DNA of 63,856 bases, filler included, from Octopus bimaculoides (lineage: Eukaryota), in NCBI RefSeq assembly GCF_001194135.2. It is 7 parts of 7 records of this genome, joined end to end, with 100 filler letters (N's around TTAATTAATTAA, not from the genome) between each part and the next. Parts side by side here need not be neighbours in the genome. Positions count along the whole stretch, not along the records: positions 10,795 to 38,611 come from NC_068986.1; 6 more parts are not named here. One strand, written 5' to 3'. The notes beneath the pieces are model-generated. The model made no database searches and was not told the origin of the DNA. It saw nothing but the letters and a program-made list of their open reading frames with translations. Shown here piece by piece: positions 25,119-37,911 of the stretch. Position 1 is the first letter of the stretch; every line of letters begins with the position of its first letter. The position numbers and the translations under genes were made by a program.

Positions 25119-26314
25119 CTAAAATAAGAAAATTAAAAATATATACATACACATATATTACAGGTACTTTTAATTAAAAAAACATGCACCAATTCTAAAT
25201 ATCAATCCATTTTCGGTGTCCACTATGGCTGGGAGTCATAAATGTAAAGTCAGGCACATTCTCAGAAGGGTCCTATAAAAAGCATCATCATTGAACTTTT
25301 CCAATTACTAATGGGTGTTCCCTCCTGGACCTACTTTGGTGTCCCTAAATATGCATCTTTTGGGCTCCCATTCTGCATGAAGAACAAGCTGCAGGTTTAC
25401 TGCTGGTTGTACTGGCCACCACCTTAGGGTAATACTCGTCCACGAGGGTATCTGCCCCACCAGCCTTCTCCCTGCACTATGTTGCTCTCCATCATCAACT
25501 TATTTACCTGCTACCATAATGCCCACGTATATCTACTGCAACCTTCACCTGCAAGCCTCTCCTATATTTCTCTCCATTTGCTACAATCACCTGATCCACC
25601 CCACTAAAAAGCCCAAGCTTCTATATCACCTCATTGAGTCTCACCCATACCCAACGTCCCTCAAGGGCATGTCTCAACATCTGTACCCATCATCTCACAT
25701 TAGCAGTATCTTACTTTCCAACTGGGGTAAGCATGTATCTACTCCACAGCAAGACAACTCCATCTGTTCCCTCTACACCTTAAATCTCCCAAATGGCACA
25801 AAACCACATCCACTCAATACTATTTTTCCACCTCCCAGTTAAGGCTTTTTAATTGTGCAAGGCACCTAGTAACCCTATTGGTGCTCGTGACAAAGCACCC
25901 AATACACTAGAAAGTAGTTGGCATTAGAAAGCGCATCCAGCTGTAGAAATCATGTCAAAGACTATACCTTACCAGCGCCTGTCAAACTGTCCAACCCATG
26001 CCAGCTTGGAAAACAGACATTAGATAATAAGGGGATGAATCCTTCCACTGAAGATCTGAACATCCCTTGTGACAGGTGATGTGGTATGGCTATTTTTACA
26101 CTCTTTCATTATTACAAGCTAGGATTTGTACTGGACCTGTGACACATTCTAAATATTTTCTCTATTCAGTGAAAAAGCCAATATACTAAAGTACCATAAG
26201 AAATCCACCTTTTCAAATAATTAACTTAAGTGCATAAGGAACTGATTCTTGCCAGTGAAGAAAACAGAGGCAAGATTGAAAGCAGCCCTCTCACACACAA
26301 CCAAATGAACTCAC

Positions 26315-26418
26315 CATTAACTGATAGTGTTGGTTTCATCGGTTGTTTCTCCAGACCTGCAATTATTATTCTTTCTATCCACTCTTTAGTTCTATATGTT
26401 GTCTGTGGATTCACCAAT
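26315..26418 (-). CDS. GANAB: glucosidase II alpha subunit exon
   Basis: CAG| ... |GTGAGT, phase 2-1: (K)LVNPQTTYRTKEWIERIIIAGLEKQPMKPTLSVN, with the WIERxII motif. Confidence 0.85.
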
Positions 26419-26575
26419 CTGAAATAAAGAAAACAAAAATGTGTCCAGTATTCAGTAGAGGATAGTAAAAATATGAAGATTTGTTACACTCAAAGCATCT
26501 GGTGTTGGTCATAGCACAGAAAGAATAAATACCAAGGTTGATAATTTTACACTTAAATGGAAAATATTCATTTAA

Positions 26576-26964
26576 CCTTTTGGAATTACAGAGATGTACT
26601 TGCATAGCATGTGACTTGATCTGCACAAAGTTTTGTCAGTGAACAGGTCGTGGTTTCAGAGCAACAGAAATATTTTGACAAATTAAATTTGAAGTGTTTT
26701 TTTTTTTTTTGTGTTATTAAATGGCTTATAAACATCTTCCACGTTGCAATTGTTATTAATTCAAACCAACCACACCTGGCCCAAATATTCTACCTGTTTT
26801 ATATTTATACTGGTCAGATCTGGCTCCTCTCACCTACTCTACAATGTCATACTAAAAACAATTAAATCATTGAAGTTTTTAAGCTATGAGATAATCCAGA
26901 TTAATACAAAACAATGTGAATAAATAAGCATCACATTTGAAAAAGTAATCCGAATGCCAAGGGG
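26576..26964. mobile_element. piggyBac-like MITE (TTAA-flanked)
   Basis: TTAA at 26572-26575 and 26965-26968. Termini CCTTTTGGAATT / AATGCCAAGGGG are imperfectly complementary. Interior shares AAATGGCTTATAAACA and GAGATGTACTTGCATAGC with 29010-29360. Confidence 0.5.
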
Positions 26965-27309
26965 TTAAGACCACATTGTAGGCACAAGCGTGACTTTGCT
27001 TCTCAACCACATGGTCCTGGGCGCAGTCCCACTGCGTGACACTTTAGGCAAATGCTTACTAGGGCCTCAGGCTGACCAACTTCTTGCAAATGGATTTGGT
27101 AGATAGAAACCAACAGATAACTGTTGAAATCATGCCACAGCAGACAGCTGGGAGTCTGGACAGCTCCTTGCCAGCCAGCTCCACGTCAAACTGTCCAACC
27201 CATGCCAACATGGAAAGCAGACATTAAACAATGATGATCTCACACACACACACACACACACACACACAGTCATTGTCATACAAGCAATGTCCTTTGCATC
27301 CACTATTTT

Positions 27310-27722
27310 GTGAAGTCTAGCAAGACCTTCGAACACTGGGCCTCACCGAGGCGATGACTACTGACAGAGACCTTTGGAAATGTGCTGTGCGTGAGAAGAC
27401 TCGGCAAGCCAAGTGAGATCGTTGCCAGTGCCCCTGGACTGGCTCTTGTNNNNNNNNNNTCGTTGCCAGTGCCCCTGGACTGGCTCTTGTGCGGGTGGCA
27501 CATAAAAGACACCATTTCGAGCGTGGCCGTTTTCGTGCGGGTGACACGTAAAAGCACCCACTACACTCTGAGTGGTTGGCGTTAGGAAGGGCATCCAGCT
27601 GTAGAAACTCTGCCAAATTAGATTGGAGCCTGGTGTAGCCATCCGGTTGCACCAGTTCGCAGTCAAATCGTCCAACCCATGCTAGCATGGAAAGCGGACG
27701 TTAAACGATGATGATGATGATG
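27310..27722 (+). mobile_element. RTE-like LINE 3' end with (GAT)n tail (family C)
   Basis: Starts with RTE C-terminus-like TLGLTEAMTTDRDLWKCAVREKTRQAK*, followed by the shared 3' UTR and a GATGATGAT tail. Confidence 0.75.
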
Positions 27723-27973
27723 GCCATGGGGAAATATCTCACTAGGAAAATGGTGAGGTTGGTAAACTTCAACAAATTCTGTCTGACACGCAAGGAAAGA
27801 CAAGTGGATGCTAAAATGGTTGTTATAGTTACACAAAATGCTAAGGTTTTTGATATATCAGAGAAAGGTTCTCCAGTTGGTTTTATAGGAATTATGCCAC
27901 AGTTCTTCATATTTAAACTTGTAACAATAGTTAAGCTACAATTATACATTCTTGCGAGAAAAACAAAACTTAC

Positions 27974-28083
27974 TTGGTGGATAATGTATTTTTTTCAAAT
28001 GTAAATTCTTGATGTGCAAACTCTGCTTGTTTATATTTTGTGGAATGATAATCATCAATATAAAGATCTCCTTTGGCAACATC
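27974..28083 (-). CDS. GANAB: glucosidase II alpha subunit exon
   Basis: TTTTTTTCTCAG| ... |GTAAGT, phase 0-2: DVAKGDLYIDDYHSTKYKQAEFAHQEFTFEKNTLST. Confidence 0.9.
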
Positions 28084-28615
28084 CTGAGAAAAAAAGAGAG
28101 ACGGGGGAGTCAGATACAAAGCATTATAATTTTGGTCCTTTCCTGCTACTACATATACAACCAATCTAAAATACCTCAACAGCAATACAGAATTAGTGTA
28201 AAACTAATAGAAATGAGGTGGTATATGAGGGAGATGTACTGTTGTAAGTTTGTCAGCAGGTGGGGGGGGGGATCACATTGTCATGTAGAATAACAGACAA
28301 AAAATTTGAGGCATGTTATTTAAGAAAAATGGGAGATTCTTTGTTGAAAACACCTATGATTAAAGGTAAACCAGTTATGACACTTAGACCTGTTCAGGAG
28401 ATTCTGAACCATATTATCTCATTTTAAAGCAGTGTGATGTAATTTCAAGGATTTTTGACTTAGTCTTGAGTCACCCAACCATGTAGAGATGCTTGCCTAA
28501 ATTGGTTTTTACCTTTAGTATGGTCCTTAAAGGATTGTTATATGCTAACATAAGCAGTTGGTTCCCACTGAAAAGTTAACAGTTTATGAAGAAATTTTCA
28601 GATGGGGATACTTAC

Positions 28616-28729
28616 ATTTCTGTCAAGACATACAATCAAAGAGAAAGGGTCATGTCTCATCAAAATAGACGAACGCCGCATGCGATACTTCCTTGGAATA
28701 ATGAAGCCACCACGAATATATACAGGAAT
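28616..28729 (-). CDS. GANAB: glucosidase II alpha subunit exon
   Basis: TTTCTCCCTAG| ... |GTAAGT, phase 0-0: IPVYIRGGFIIPRKYRMRRSSILMRHDPFSLIVCLDRN. Confidence 0.92.
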
Positions 28730-29009
28730 CTAGGGAGAAAAAGAGAGAGAAAAAAAAAAAGGAAGCACATTTCAGTATCTTTGATGTTTTTTCCTTATAG
28801 AGAACATAGAGAACTCATTTCTTTATAATTTACATCTCTCAAAGAAGTTGAAAATGAGTTTGTTTATCATTGAATTTAATCAACAAAAGAATAAATTAAT
28901 ATATTCCTATCCTTTTGTTCCGTTGTTATTAAAGAATCTTGACATTAGTTATTTAATTAGTATTTACAATGTGGAAGGTGTTTATAAGCCATAAACCATT
29001 AGATTTACT

Positions 29010-29360
29010 TCAACATTTAAATTCAATTTGCCAAAATTAAAGTTAAAATGAAGTGAATCTAACAGTTTTTGTGTGTTTTTAAATGGCTTATAAACACCTT
29101 CCATGCTGCAATTGTTTTTTTTCAGCACACAATCTCAGATCAGGTCACTTGCTATGCAAGTACATCTCCATCATCGTTTAGCATGGAAAGTGGATGTTAA
29201 ATGATGATGATGGAGATGTACATGCATAGCAAGTGACCTGATCTGAGATTGTGTGCTGAAACAAACAATTGCAGCAGGGAAGGTGTTTATAAGCCATTTA
29301 AAAACACAAAAACTGTTAGATTCACTTCATTTAAATTTTAATTTTGGCAAATTAAATTTG
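29010..29360. mobile_element. ~350-bp near-perfect palindromic MITE-like element
   Basis: About 29010-29175 is the reverse complement of about 29205-29360. Confidence 0.8.
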
Positions 29361-29670
29361 CGTAGCTCAGTGGTTAGGGTATTCAGCTCAAGACAACAAG
29401 GTTAGGAGTTCGATTCCTGGTGGAGCATTGTGTCCTTGAGCAAGACACTTCATTTCACATTACTCCACTCAGCTGGCAAAAAGGAGTTGTACCAGTATTT
29501 CAAAGGGCCAACCTTGTCACATTCTGCATCATGCTGAATCTCCCTCAGAACTACATTAAGGGTACACCTGTCTGTGGAGCGCTCAACCACTTGTACGTTA
29601 ATTTCACGAGCAGGCTGTTCCTTTGACCAGATCAACTGGAAACTTCATCATAACCAATGGAGTGCCAATT
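29361..29670 (+). mobile_element. tRNA-derived SINE, family E
   Basis: A-box TAGCTCAGTGG and B-box GAGTTCGATTCC, then GTCCTTGAGCAAGACACTT. 3' part matches 38712-39025. Confidence 0.7.
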
Positions 29671-29945
29671 AAAATAAGTACAATAATCCCTCGCCATATT
29701 GTGGTTTATTTAAGCTTATGCCGATTCCTCCATGGTGTTGTTTTGTATTTATAAAATAAATGTATACAAATTATAAAAATAATAGAAAAGAAAAATACAG
29801 TACAGTACTGTTTCTACTTCATTGATTTCCACCTATTGTAGCGGGTTTTGGAATGTAATGCCCGTGATAGTTGAGGGATTCCTGTACATGTTTCTGAATA
29901 ACAAAAAAATGCATTAAGAAACAGAAAAAAATTGCAAATGCTTAC

Positions 29946-30020
29946 CTTATCTAAAGGAGCATCTACTTGGACGCTCTGACCACCAGCAAAACTCTTGAAG
30001 TTCATAATGTCATACCAGAT
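29946..30020 (-). CDS. GANAB: glucosidase II alpha subunit exon
   Basis: TTTTTGGTAG| ... |GTAAGC, phase 0-0: IWYDIMNFKSFAGGQSVQVDAPLDK. Confidence 0.9.
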
Positions 30021-30440
30021 CTACCAAAAACAGAATTTACAAACACATTTATCAAGTAATATAAATACAGTAGAATTGATTGACTTCAACTAGTAAATTG
30101 GTTAATAGAACTTTTACCAATTTCATCACAGAAAGTACTTGTTGTAATAAAACTCTTTTCACTAAGAGAGGTAGTTAAGTGAGAATATTGCTCTTGATTG
30201 AGTTGAATGAATGGTCAGCAGTTTTGTGAGAGAGTAAATCAATCAGAAGCCATATACAACAGAAGACCGAGTCTTAGTAATTTAAACAATTATTAACATT
30301 TTATTATAAATGTGTTCAATACAGCAGATTGAACAGACTCCTGAAACTGAAGCAAAAAGGAGTTTCTGGGTGCCCACTCATGACTTCAAAGGTACACAAG
30401 GTGTCTGCAAAAATACATGTAAAGAGTCGCTAATATTTTC

Positions 30441-30790
30441 GTGGCAGTCATCATCACCATTCAACATCCATTCTCCATGCTGGCATGGGTTGGATGGTTT
30501 GACCAGGCCAGCACACTGGAAGGCTGTGCCGAGAGACAGTTTGATTTGGCAGGGCTTCCTACAACTGGACATCCCTCCAAACGCCAACCACGCAGAGTGC
30601 TTTTACCTGTCACCAACACAGGTACAATTTGTGTGACACTGGTATCAGCCACGACCTCAATTTTGTTTGGCTTGATGGATCTTAAGTACGACATAATGCC
30701 AAAGGTCTTGGCCATTGCTTCCGTGAGGCCCAAAACGCGAAAGGAACTTGGCCACTTTCCTCCATGAGGCCCAATGCTTGAAACGAACAG
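30441..30790 (-). mobile_element. RTE-like 3' tail (family C, diverged, reverse orientation)
   Basis: Reverse complement of family C blocks. Minus peptide VLGLTEAMAKTFG resembles the 27310 copy. Confidence 0.6.
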
Positions 30791-31656
30791 CCACCTCGCC
30801 TCTGTGAGGCTCATTCAAAAGGAACTCAGCCACCTTGCCAGGGTTAGCAAGCTGAGTGCCAGAGATTATACATGATGGCTGTACTTAAGTGGAGTTACCA
30901 TACTAGTGATTGAAAGTAGAAGAGATGTGCGTGCCATAACACATTGGTTGAGAAATCAACACAGACAGCACAGCGAGGATTTGTTGACAAAACAAATTCC
31001 AAGTGGCAACTCTCGAGGCAGTTAACTTTTAGGCAGATCAGAATGAGGCCAATACGAATTAATGCGCCCACAACTATATGAGGGCCTGCATTACTCAATA
31101 TGGTATCCGACTACACCAAAGGGAAAATAAGCCCAACATGTGGCTACAACACCATTGGGAGATCAATGTTTTACTTTCAGCCAGCAGCATATTTTTGCAT
31201 GCACAGGTATGGCTATGATAGATGTGGCTGTATGCTAAAGTAATTCACTTATCAATGCTGTGGTGCTAGGTTCAGTTCAATTGCATTGCACCTTGACTGA
31301 ACAAAGTCTTGCCAGTGGATTTTGTGGATGAAAACTCTCTCTCTCTCTCTCTCTCTCTGTCTGTCTCTCTCTATCTCTGTCTGTCTCTCTGCGTGTGTGT
31401 GTGTGTGTGTGTGCGTCTCTTCATTTCAAATGTTAACACTTTATCTGCCATGGTAGGGTCTGAAAGAATGTATAAAAGTTTAATTCGTCTGAAGAGTGTA
31501 ATAGGTAAGGGCCTTGAAATACCCCTCAGCTTTTATTTCTAGATTAACAAAATCACGACTTTCTTACAATTCGTGAAAGCATGTAGCTTTGTGGTTAGGG
31601 CGATGCACTCAATCTTACAATCATGGTTTCCATGCCAAGACTGGGCAGTACTTTGT

Positions 31657-31925
31657 ATTCATCATCATCATTTAATGTCCACTTTCCATGCTGGTATGGG
31701 TTTGATGGTTCAACTGAAGACTGGCAAGCCAGGAGGCTGCACCAGGCTCCAATCCTAATGCCGACCACTCTCAGAGTGTAGTGGGTGCTTTTTACACGTC
31801 ACTGGCATCAACCACCTTCAGATGGTGGTTTTTTTACATGCCACCGGAATGGGAGCCAGTCAGGTGGCACTGGCATTGACCATGTTTGGATAGTACTTAT
31901 CATGTGCCACCAGCACAGGTGCCAG
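31657..31925 (-). mobile_element. RTE-like 3' tail (family C, reverse orientation)
   Basis: CATCATCATTTAATGTCCACTTTCCATGC...CACCAGGCTCCAATC...GTAGTGGGTGCTTTTACACGTCAC. Confidence 0.65.
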
Positions 31926-32162
31926 TCAGGTGTCATGACTCTTCAACAAAACACTTTATTTCATGTTACCCCAGTCTACTCAGCCATGCATTCCAACAAT
32001 AGCCAAGAAATTAACCTTGCAACAGACTGGCATCCCGTTTGGAGTTAATGGCTTTAATCCCACTAATTCATATGCTATGGGCACTGGGGTAAGTTCCAGC
32101 TCACAGATCACTGAAATTTATGAAAACAGAATTTTTAAGAAATTCAATAAACAATTACCAAC

Positions 32163-32239
32163 CTCTCCTTTGCCAGGAAAGTGAACATCAGTTGATGCTA
32201 CACCAGGATCAACTACAGGTTTGACCAGTAAAGCAGGAC
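32163..32239 (-). CDS. GANAB: glucosidase II alpha subunit exon
   Basis: CTCATTGTTAG| ... |GTTGGT, phase 1-0: (G)PALLVKPVVDPGVASTDVHFPGKGE. Confidence 0.88.
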
Positions 32240-32491
32240 CTAACAATGAGAATTGGAGCAAAATTAAGGAAATAAAATCATTTAAAAACAAAGCAGTGGT
32301 AATAAACATCAACACAATGAGCCAAAGACATAATTAACGGACCTAAATTAAGACATAATTAACGGACCTAATTAAGAACTGATAATACAATTAAATGTTC
32401 TACCTATTGTTAATCATTAACATTATTTTTCATTTTATCCCCTGTCAAATAGGCAAACTGAAATGAGATAGTAATGATAAACATTTAGCAA

Positions 32492-32826
32492 GAGAGTCGC
32501 CTTACTGGCACTTGTGCCAATGGCACGTTAGAAAACATTCGAGTGAGGTCGTTGCCAGTGCCGCTGGACTGGCTCCTGTGCAGGTGGCACGTAAAATACA
32601 CCATTTTGAGCATGGCCGTTGCCAGTACTACCTGACTGGCTCTCGTGCCGGTGGCACGTAAAAGCACCCACTACACTCTTCGAGTGGTTGGCGTTAGGAA
32701 GGGCATCCAGCTGTAGAAACTCTGCCAGATCAGATTGGAGCCTGGTGCAGCCATCGGGTTCACCAGTCCACAGTCAAATCGTCCAACCCATGCTAGCATG
32801 GAAAGCAGACGTTAAACGATGATGAA
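32492..32826 (+). mobile_element. RTE-like 3' tail (family C)
   Basis: Near-identical to 23243-23555. Ends GACGTTAAACGATGATGA. Confidence 0.75.
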
Positions 32827-33436
32827 CTTAGTGTTTACATCAGACACTTTGGAAGTTATAATTATCTAACGTCCATGTTCCATACTGGTATGGGTTGGAT
32901 AATTTGACAGGATCCAACTGGTCTAGAGACAACATTGTGCTCTGATGTCTACTGTTGTATGGTTGCCATGGCTGGATGTTCTTCCTAATGCTAACCACTT
33001 GAGAGCATGTACTGAATGTCTTATCTTGCCACCAGCATTTGTGAGATCACCGTGCGGCTCACAGGTTTACGAACCCTGAGGTAGGGGGAGGATTTGGTGC
33101 TAGAAGATGAGGAGTTAAAGATGCAAAAAATTATTTCAATACACAGAAGTGTGTCGGAAGTTTGAAACATGGTGAATGTGTGTGTGTGAATCATGGCACT
33201 CCGTCGGTTAACAGTTATCAAAGTTAACTTTTTGGTTAATGGATTAACGGTTAACGAAGTTAACTTCTCAATTAACAGTGCCCACCTTTGGCTGTATGTA
33301 ACTTAATATTATTGTCTTCGCTCTCGCTCTCTGTGCATGTATGAAATGCACATGTCCCTCAGTGTGAGGGTTAGGGTTAGGGTTATTTTTTTTACTAGTT
33401 TCAGTCACTGAACTGCAGCCAAGCTGGGGCACTGCC

Positions 33437-33502
33437 ATCAACAGCTTTATTCATCAACAGCTTTATTCATCAACAGCTTTATTCATCAACAGCTTTATTC
33501 AT
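33437..33502. repeat. 16-bp tandem repeat (CATCAACAGCTTTATT) x4 inside a SINE A remnant
   Basis: Direct inspection. Confidence 0.85.
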
Positions 33503-33864
33503 ATCAACCCCAGTACTTAAGCCTAGTACTGTATCAATCTTTACTTGTTATGCGACATTCATAAACAACAATACAAGTTTAATCACAGACATGGACACTG
33601 ATACAAGGATAGACATTCAAAAGACTTCTGAAACTAGTTTAAATTTGTGATTATTTTTTGAATTTAATTGAAACTCAAGGGTCTTACTTAGAAATATAGT
33701 AACAAAAGGGTTAATGATAATAATGATACAGCAGAGGAGAGAGAGAGAGGATGGGTGAAAGGGGACACTTGACCAAGGTAGTACACAGAGGGACTAAATT
33801 CAATGCCCTTCTTTGCCACCCAGCCATAGCAACACGTCTGCAACAATGAAATAATTTTACATAC

Positions 33865-34114
33865 CAAGCAGATATTCATCATCTGTTTTAAAAATTGAAG
33901 ACTCCTCAGGAAATTCAACCCACAATGGCATCATGACAGGCATTCCAGATTTTTCACTGTGTCTAAACAAAGTGTACCAATATGGTAGGAAGGTGTAACG
34001 AGTGTGTATAGCATTTCGGATTATGTTTTTGTTCATTTCTGGCAGCAACCAAGGTTCTCGACGCTTAGTATCTAAATGAGCATGAGCTCGAAAAAATGGT
34101 TGGAAAGCAGCAGC
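33865..34114 (-). CDS. GANAB: glucosidase II alpha subunit exon
   Basis: CTCTTTCATAG| ... |GTATGT, phase 0-1: AAAFQPFFRAHAHLDTKRREPWLL...TDDEYLL, with the GH31 PFFRAH motif. Confidence 0.95.
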
Positions 34115-34626
34115 CTATGAAAGAGGTAAATCACAGAGATGAGACATAATATTAATTTGTAGATTGAGATAATTAGATACAAGTTGTTTAAAGTAGCTGG
34201 ATGGACAATATATCATCAACGACTTTGTTAATTGACCAATAATCAGTTCACACATTCATTATAGGTATACCAATGTGTGTGTGCATTGCCATAGTTCATT
34301 CAAAATTGTAAATATTTTGAAGTAGCAAATGATAGACTAAATCTACTGCCCAGTGTAACATTCGGTGCCAGTCTGCTTCATTACAGTGATTCTGGTCCAG
34401 GTATCCAGTCTGACAATAACTTGATGCCCTGTTGCAATGAACCACAAGTCGACTAAACCACATACAAGCAATATGGTCACAGAAGAAGTAGGCAGAAGAT
34501 AATTGTCTTAATGGGAAGTTGCCAAGATAGATACAATGAGTACATATACCAGTTCTGACAAACATTAGTATGATGATAATAATAACAACTAGTTTATCTT
34601 AAGCTTGTTCAACGATTTGTACTTAC

Positions 34627-34787
34627 TTGATACCAGCGTGTCAGTAACTCAGGGTCGGGATTACGGAAGAAACCACCAATGTCAGCTCCAGAGAATGGCA
34701 TCCCAGCAACATTCAGTGACAGCATCATTGGTACAGACATTTTCAAGTGACCCCATTCACCTGTGTTATCACCAGTCCAGACAGCAG
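34627..34787 (-). CDS. GANAB: glucosidase II alpha subunit exon (acid/base Asp)
   Basis: TTCTTTCTTCAG| ... |GTAAGT, phase 1-0: [53 protein letters not shown]. Confidence 0.95.
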
Positions 34788-34854
34788 CTGAAGAAAGAAT
34801 ATTGTTTACCATCAGTTAAATTTACATTACCTAAATAATAACAATGATTTCAAA

Positions 34855-35025
34855 TTTTGGCACAATTTCAGGGGTAGGGTGGGGGTAAACGGATTACACC
34901 GACTCCAGTGCTCGACTGATACTTGTCTTACCGATCCCAAAACAATGAGAGGCAAAGATGACCTTATTGAACTCAGAACGTAAAAACAGATGAAATGCTG
35001 CTAAGCATTTTGCTCGGCATAACTA
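34855..35025 (-). mobile_element. SINE family B (diverged)
   Basis: GGATTACACCGACTCCAGTGC...GAACTCAGAACGTAAAAACAGATGAAATGCTGCTAAGCATTT matches the 40-43 kb copies. Confidence 0.6.
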
Positions 35026-35037
35026 CAATTCTGCTGT

Positions 35038-35510
35038 TATGTTTTGTCTTGGTGTAAAAGATGGGCTACAGCAAATATTCTGCTCAATACCACAGATTTG
35101 CTTGTCAGTTGCTTGACCATGACCATTTGAGCATGTCCCTTGGTGGTTGATGATGTGCGCATCTCTCATCACGAGCAGAAGTAGTGAAGGAGCATCATAG
35201 CCATGTGTTGAGAGGAATTCTTTCGGGTTTGAATAATTTACCTTTGGAAACATGGGTGTTTCGTTCAGCATTCTTAAACCTTATTTGGGTACCTTTTGAG
35301 CAGGATGGGCTACTCAACCTGAAGAAAATTCTAACTGGACCTCACCTGCAAGGTCATGTAATGTTTATCTTGATACAACATCCCAGGTTGCATACATATG
35401 GTTGTGGTGCATGTGCCTGGTGTATCCTTATCAGACGAGTAGTCATGATGGGTATACTAGGCTTTACATATTTGTAACCCAGTGTCATTTTGATGCGCTG
35501 CTCTCACTCA
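35038..35510 (-). repeat. dispersed repeat family D (reverse copy)
   Basis: Reverse complement of about 48531-49010. Ends in CTCTCACTCA followed by (AAT)n. Confidence 0.75.
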
Positions 35511-35721
35511 ATAATAATTATGGTTACAGATTCTGGTACAAAGCCAGCAATTTTGAATGGAAGAAGCAAGTTGATTACATCCACTAGAGTACATGACTAA
35601 TACTTGATCAATCCCAAAAGGATGAATGGCAAAGTTGATCATAATGGGATTTGAACTCAAGAGAGCCAGCAGAAATACCATTAAGAACTTTCTCCAATGT
35701 GCTGACAATTCTGCCAGCTCA

Positions 35722-35910
35722 CCACCTTCAAATATCATCAGTGTTTTAACATCCACTTTTCCTTGCTTGCATGGACCAGACAGAATTTGCTGAAGCAGAT
35801 TTTCTATGGCTAGATGCCCTTCCACTTGTGAACACTCACTCATTTCATCATTTAACATCCATCTTCCATGCATCCAGGGGTAGGACAATTGACAGGAAAG
35901 GCATCCAGTC
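35722..35910 (-). mobile_element. RTE-like 3' tail fragments (family C, reverse orientation)
   Basis: CATCATCAGTGTTTTAACATCCACTTTTCC...TTTCTATGGCTAGATGCCCTTCC. Confidence 0.5.
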
Positions 35911-36139
35911 ATGAAAGCATGGAAAAGTCGACTTTAAAACAATAATGGTGACAATCTAGTAATATAGCTAATGAGGGTTGACATGGGTTATACAACACCC
36001 ATCAACAATCGGCACAAAATGTAAGAAAAGTGTATTTTTCGTACAAATTAATTTGTTAAAATTGTTTGTATCGTTCTTTTCTTGGGTTGTTATAGAATTT
36101 GTTTTTGTTTTAAAAGACTTAAATGCAAAAAGTTCTTAC

Positions 36140-36236
36140 CATATCTTTGAGAACCAGCAAATATTGCCCTTGTAAGAACAAATGAACGTTCTTGATAATT
36201 TGATCTTGCAAGAATACCTTCCATTGTTGCACGATG
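36140..36236 (-). CDS. GANAB: glucosidase II alpha subunit exon
   Basis: CTTTTTCATTTCAG| ... |GTAAGA, phase 0-1: HRATMEGILARSNYQERSFVLTRAIFAGSQRY. Confidence 0.92.
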
Positions 36237-37911
36237 CTGAAATGAAAAAGATTACACGAAATTCTATCAAAAACAAGAAAAGCCACCAGTACCTCCTCAG
36301 TATCTGATATGTTAAGTATTTACCCCTAATTCTCATCCCCTAGCATGTATCACTCCCCCATCAACTGCTGCAATCACATCACCTGAGAGCAAAACTGGAA
36401 CATACTGCACTCCCTCCCTCCTCGGGACCACCTCCATTCCTCATTATCATTCCTGCCCACACTATTTCTACCAAGCACCTCCTTTCTGTGCCACTGCCCA
36501 CTATCCCCTCTGCCAAACTCCATTCCTAACACCTATCTGCTATCATTCTCAATGCCCTCCGATAGCTATCATCATGCCTTACTTACTTATAGCCCCATAA
36601 GTATCTTTGATCTCCCTCACCACTGCTCGTACACTTTGCACATTATCCCTCTACATTCTGATCTATTCACCTTCCTGCGTCACCCCCCCCCCTATCTCGC
36701 CATATTGGTATTTCTCTTCAACTGCTCCTCTACCCATGTTCAACACTAACAACATTCATCCCTACACGCATCTATTACCCCTATCTTTCACATTCTTATG
36801 AATGTATCTACTCCCTCCCACAACCCCCTGTCCATACACTCAGCCTCTTGTACCTTGAAAATTTGTTCTTGCACTGTCCCTACCATTCTGTTATCTCCTT
36901 TGGCCATGTTATGCCTCCTTAACAAGACATCTGAGCCAGTCCTTCTTTCATCACTTGGCATAAAGCCACCCACTTCCACCTTCTCCTCACAAATACTTCC
37001 CTCTTAGTAATGGGAGTTTTTTCTCAGTTCTTTTTGTCTTGTAAGTTTACACAGCAACCTCACTGCTGTTGGTAGCATGAAAAAAAAAAAAGAAAAAGAA
37101 AAAAGCACCCAGTACACTCTGCAAAGCAGTTGGCATCAGGAAGAGCATGCAACCACAGAAACCATGCTAAAGCAGAAACTGGACACGAAATGAGTTTTCT
37201 TTGGATTTTACCATTTTCCCCCCTTCTTTTTAATACTCCACTGGATTCATCCTGCTACCTTGTCAGCAGGGATACTTGGTTGTGAGACTGGCTTTGCACT
37301 GTGCAATTACTTCCAACAATGTTCATGTGGATATTGGTAACTATGAACAGAGCAACTACGAAGTAGGTAAGTCCCAGTCAAATGTGGGAACCACAAAGGA
37401 TGGAGTCAATGAAGAAACCTCTAAATGGTTATTTGAACAGCTAGAAGTAGTAACCAAATTCCAACATATCATACACACTACTAAAGGAAAGGACACATTA
37501 GATAATGAGATTCTGTATATACTGAAAAGTTACAGTCATGGGTGGAAAGCCTTTGATCTGAGGTGTACAGCTAAAGGGTAAAACAAGGGGAAAAAAATAG
37601 ATAGGATTACTTAAACATGAAACTAAAAGTGGGTCCTTGCATAAATATGGATTTGTTTGGACTTTAATAGTGTGGATGGATGAGGTGGATAGCTAGCTTC
37701 ATTATTTACCAACCTAAGCAAAATTGTTTTGGAAATGTAAATCTGAAAACTATTCATAAGAACATTTCTCTACAGTATATTCTCAACTGATCATTAACAA
37801 ATAAGGAAACTCGTGAAAAGAAAAATCATTTCCTTCAAGAAAAACCTGCAGCAAACCAGTTTACACAAAAATCTCTTGAATTAAATGGCTAGAAAGAATC
37901 TATATACTCAC

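Noticed and set aside
29361-29430. tRNA-like A/B boxes (also heads at 42330-42384, 22480-22530, 11650-11710)
   Set aside because: No cloverleaf or acceptor stem, and they continue into shared repeat bodies. These are SINE heads, not tRNA genes.
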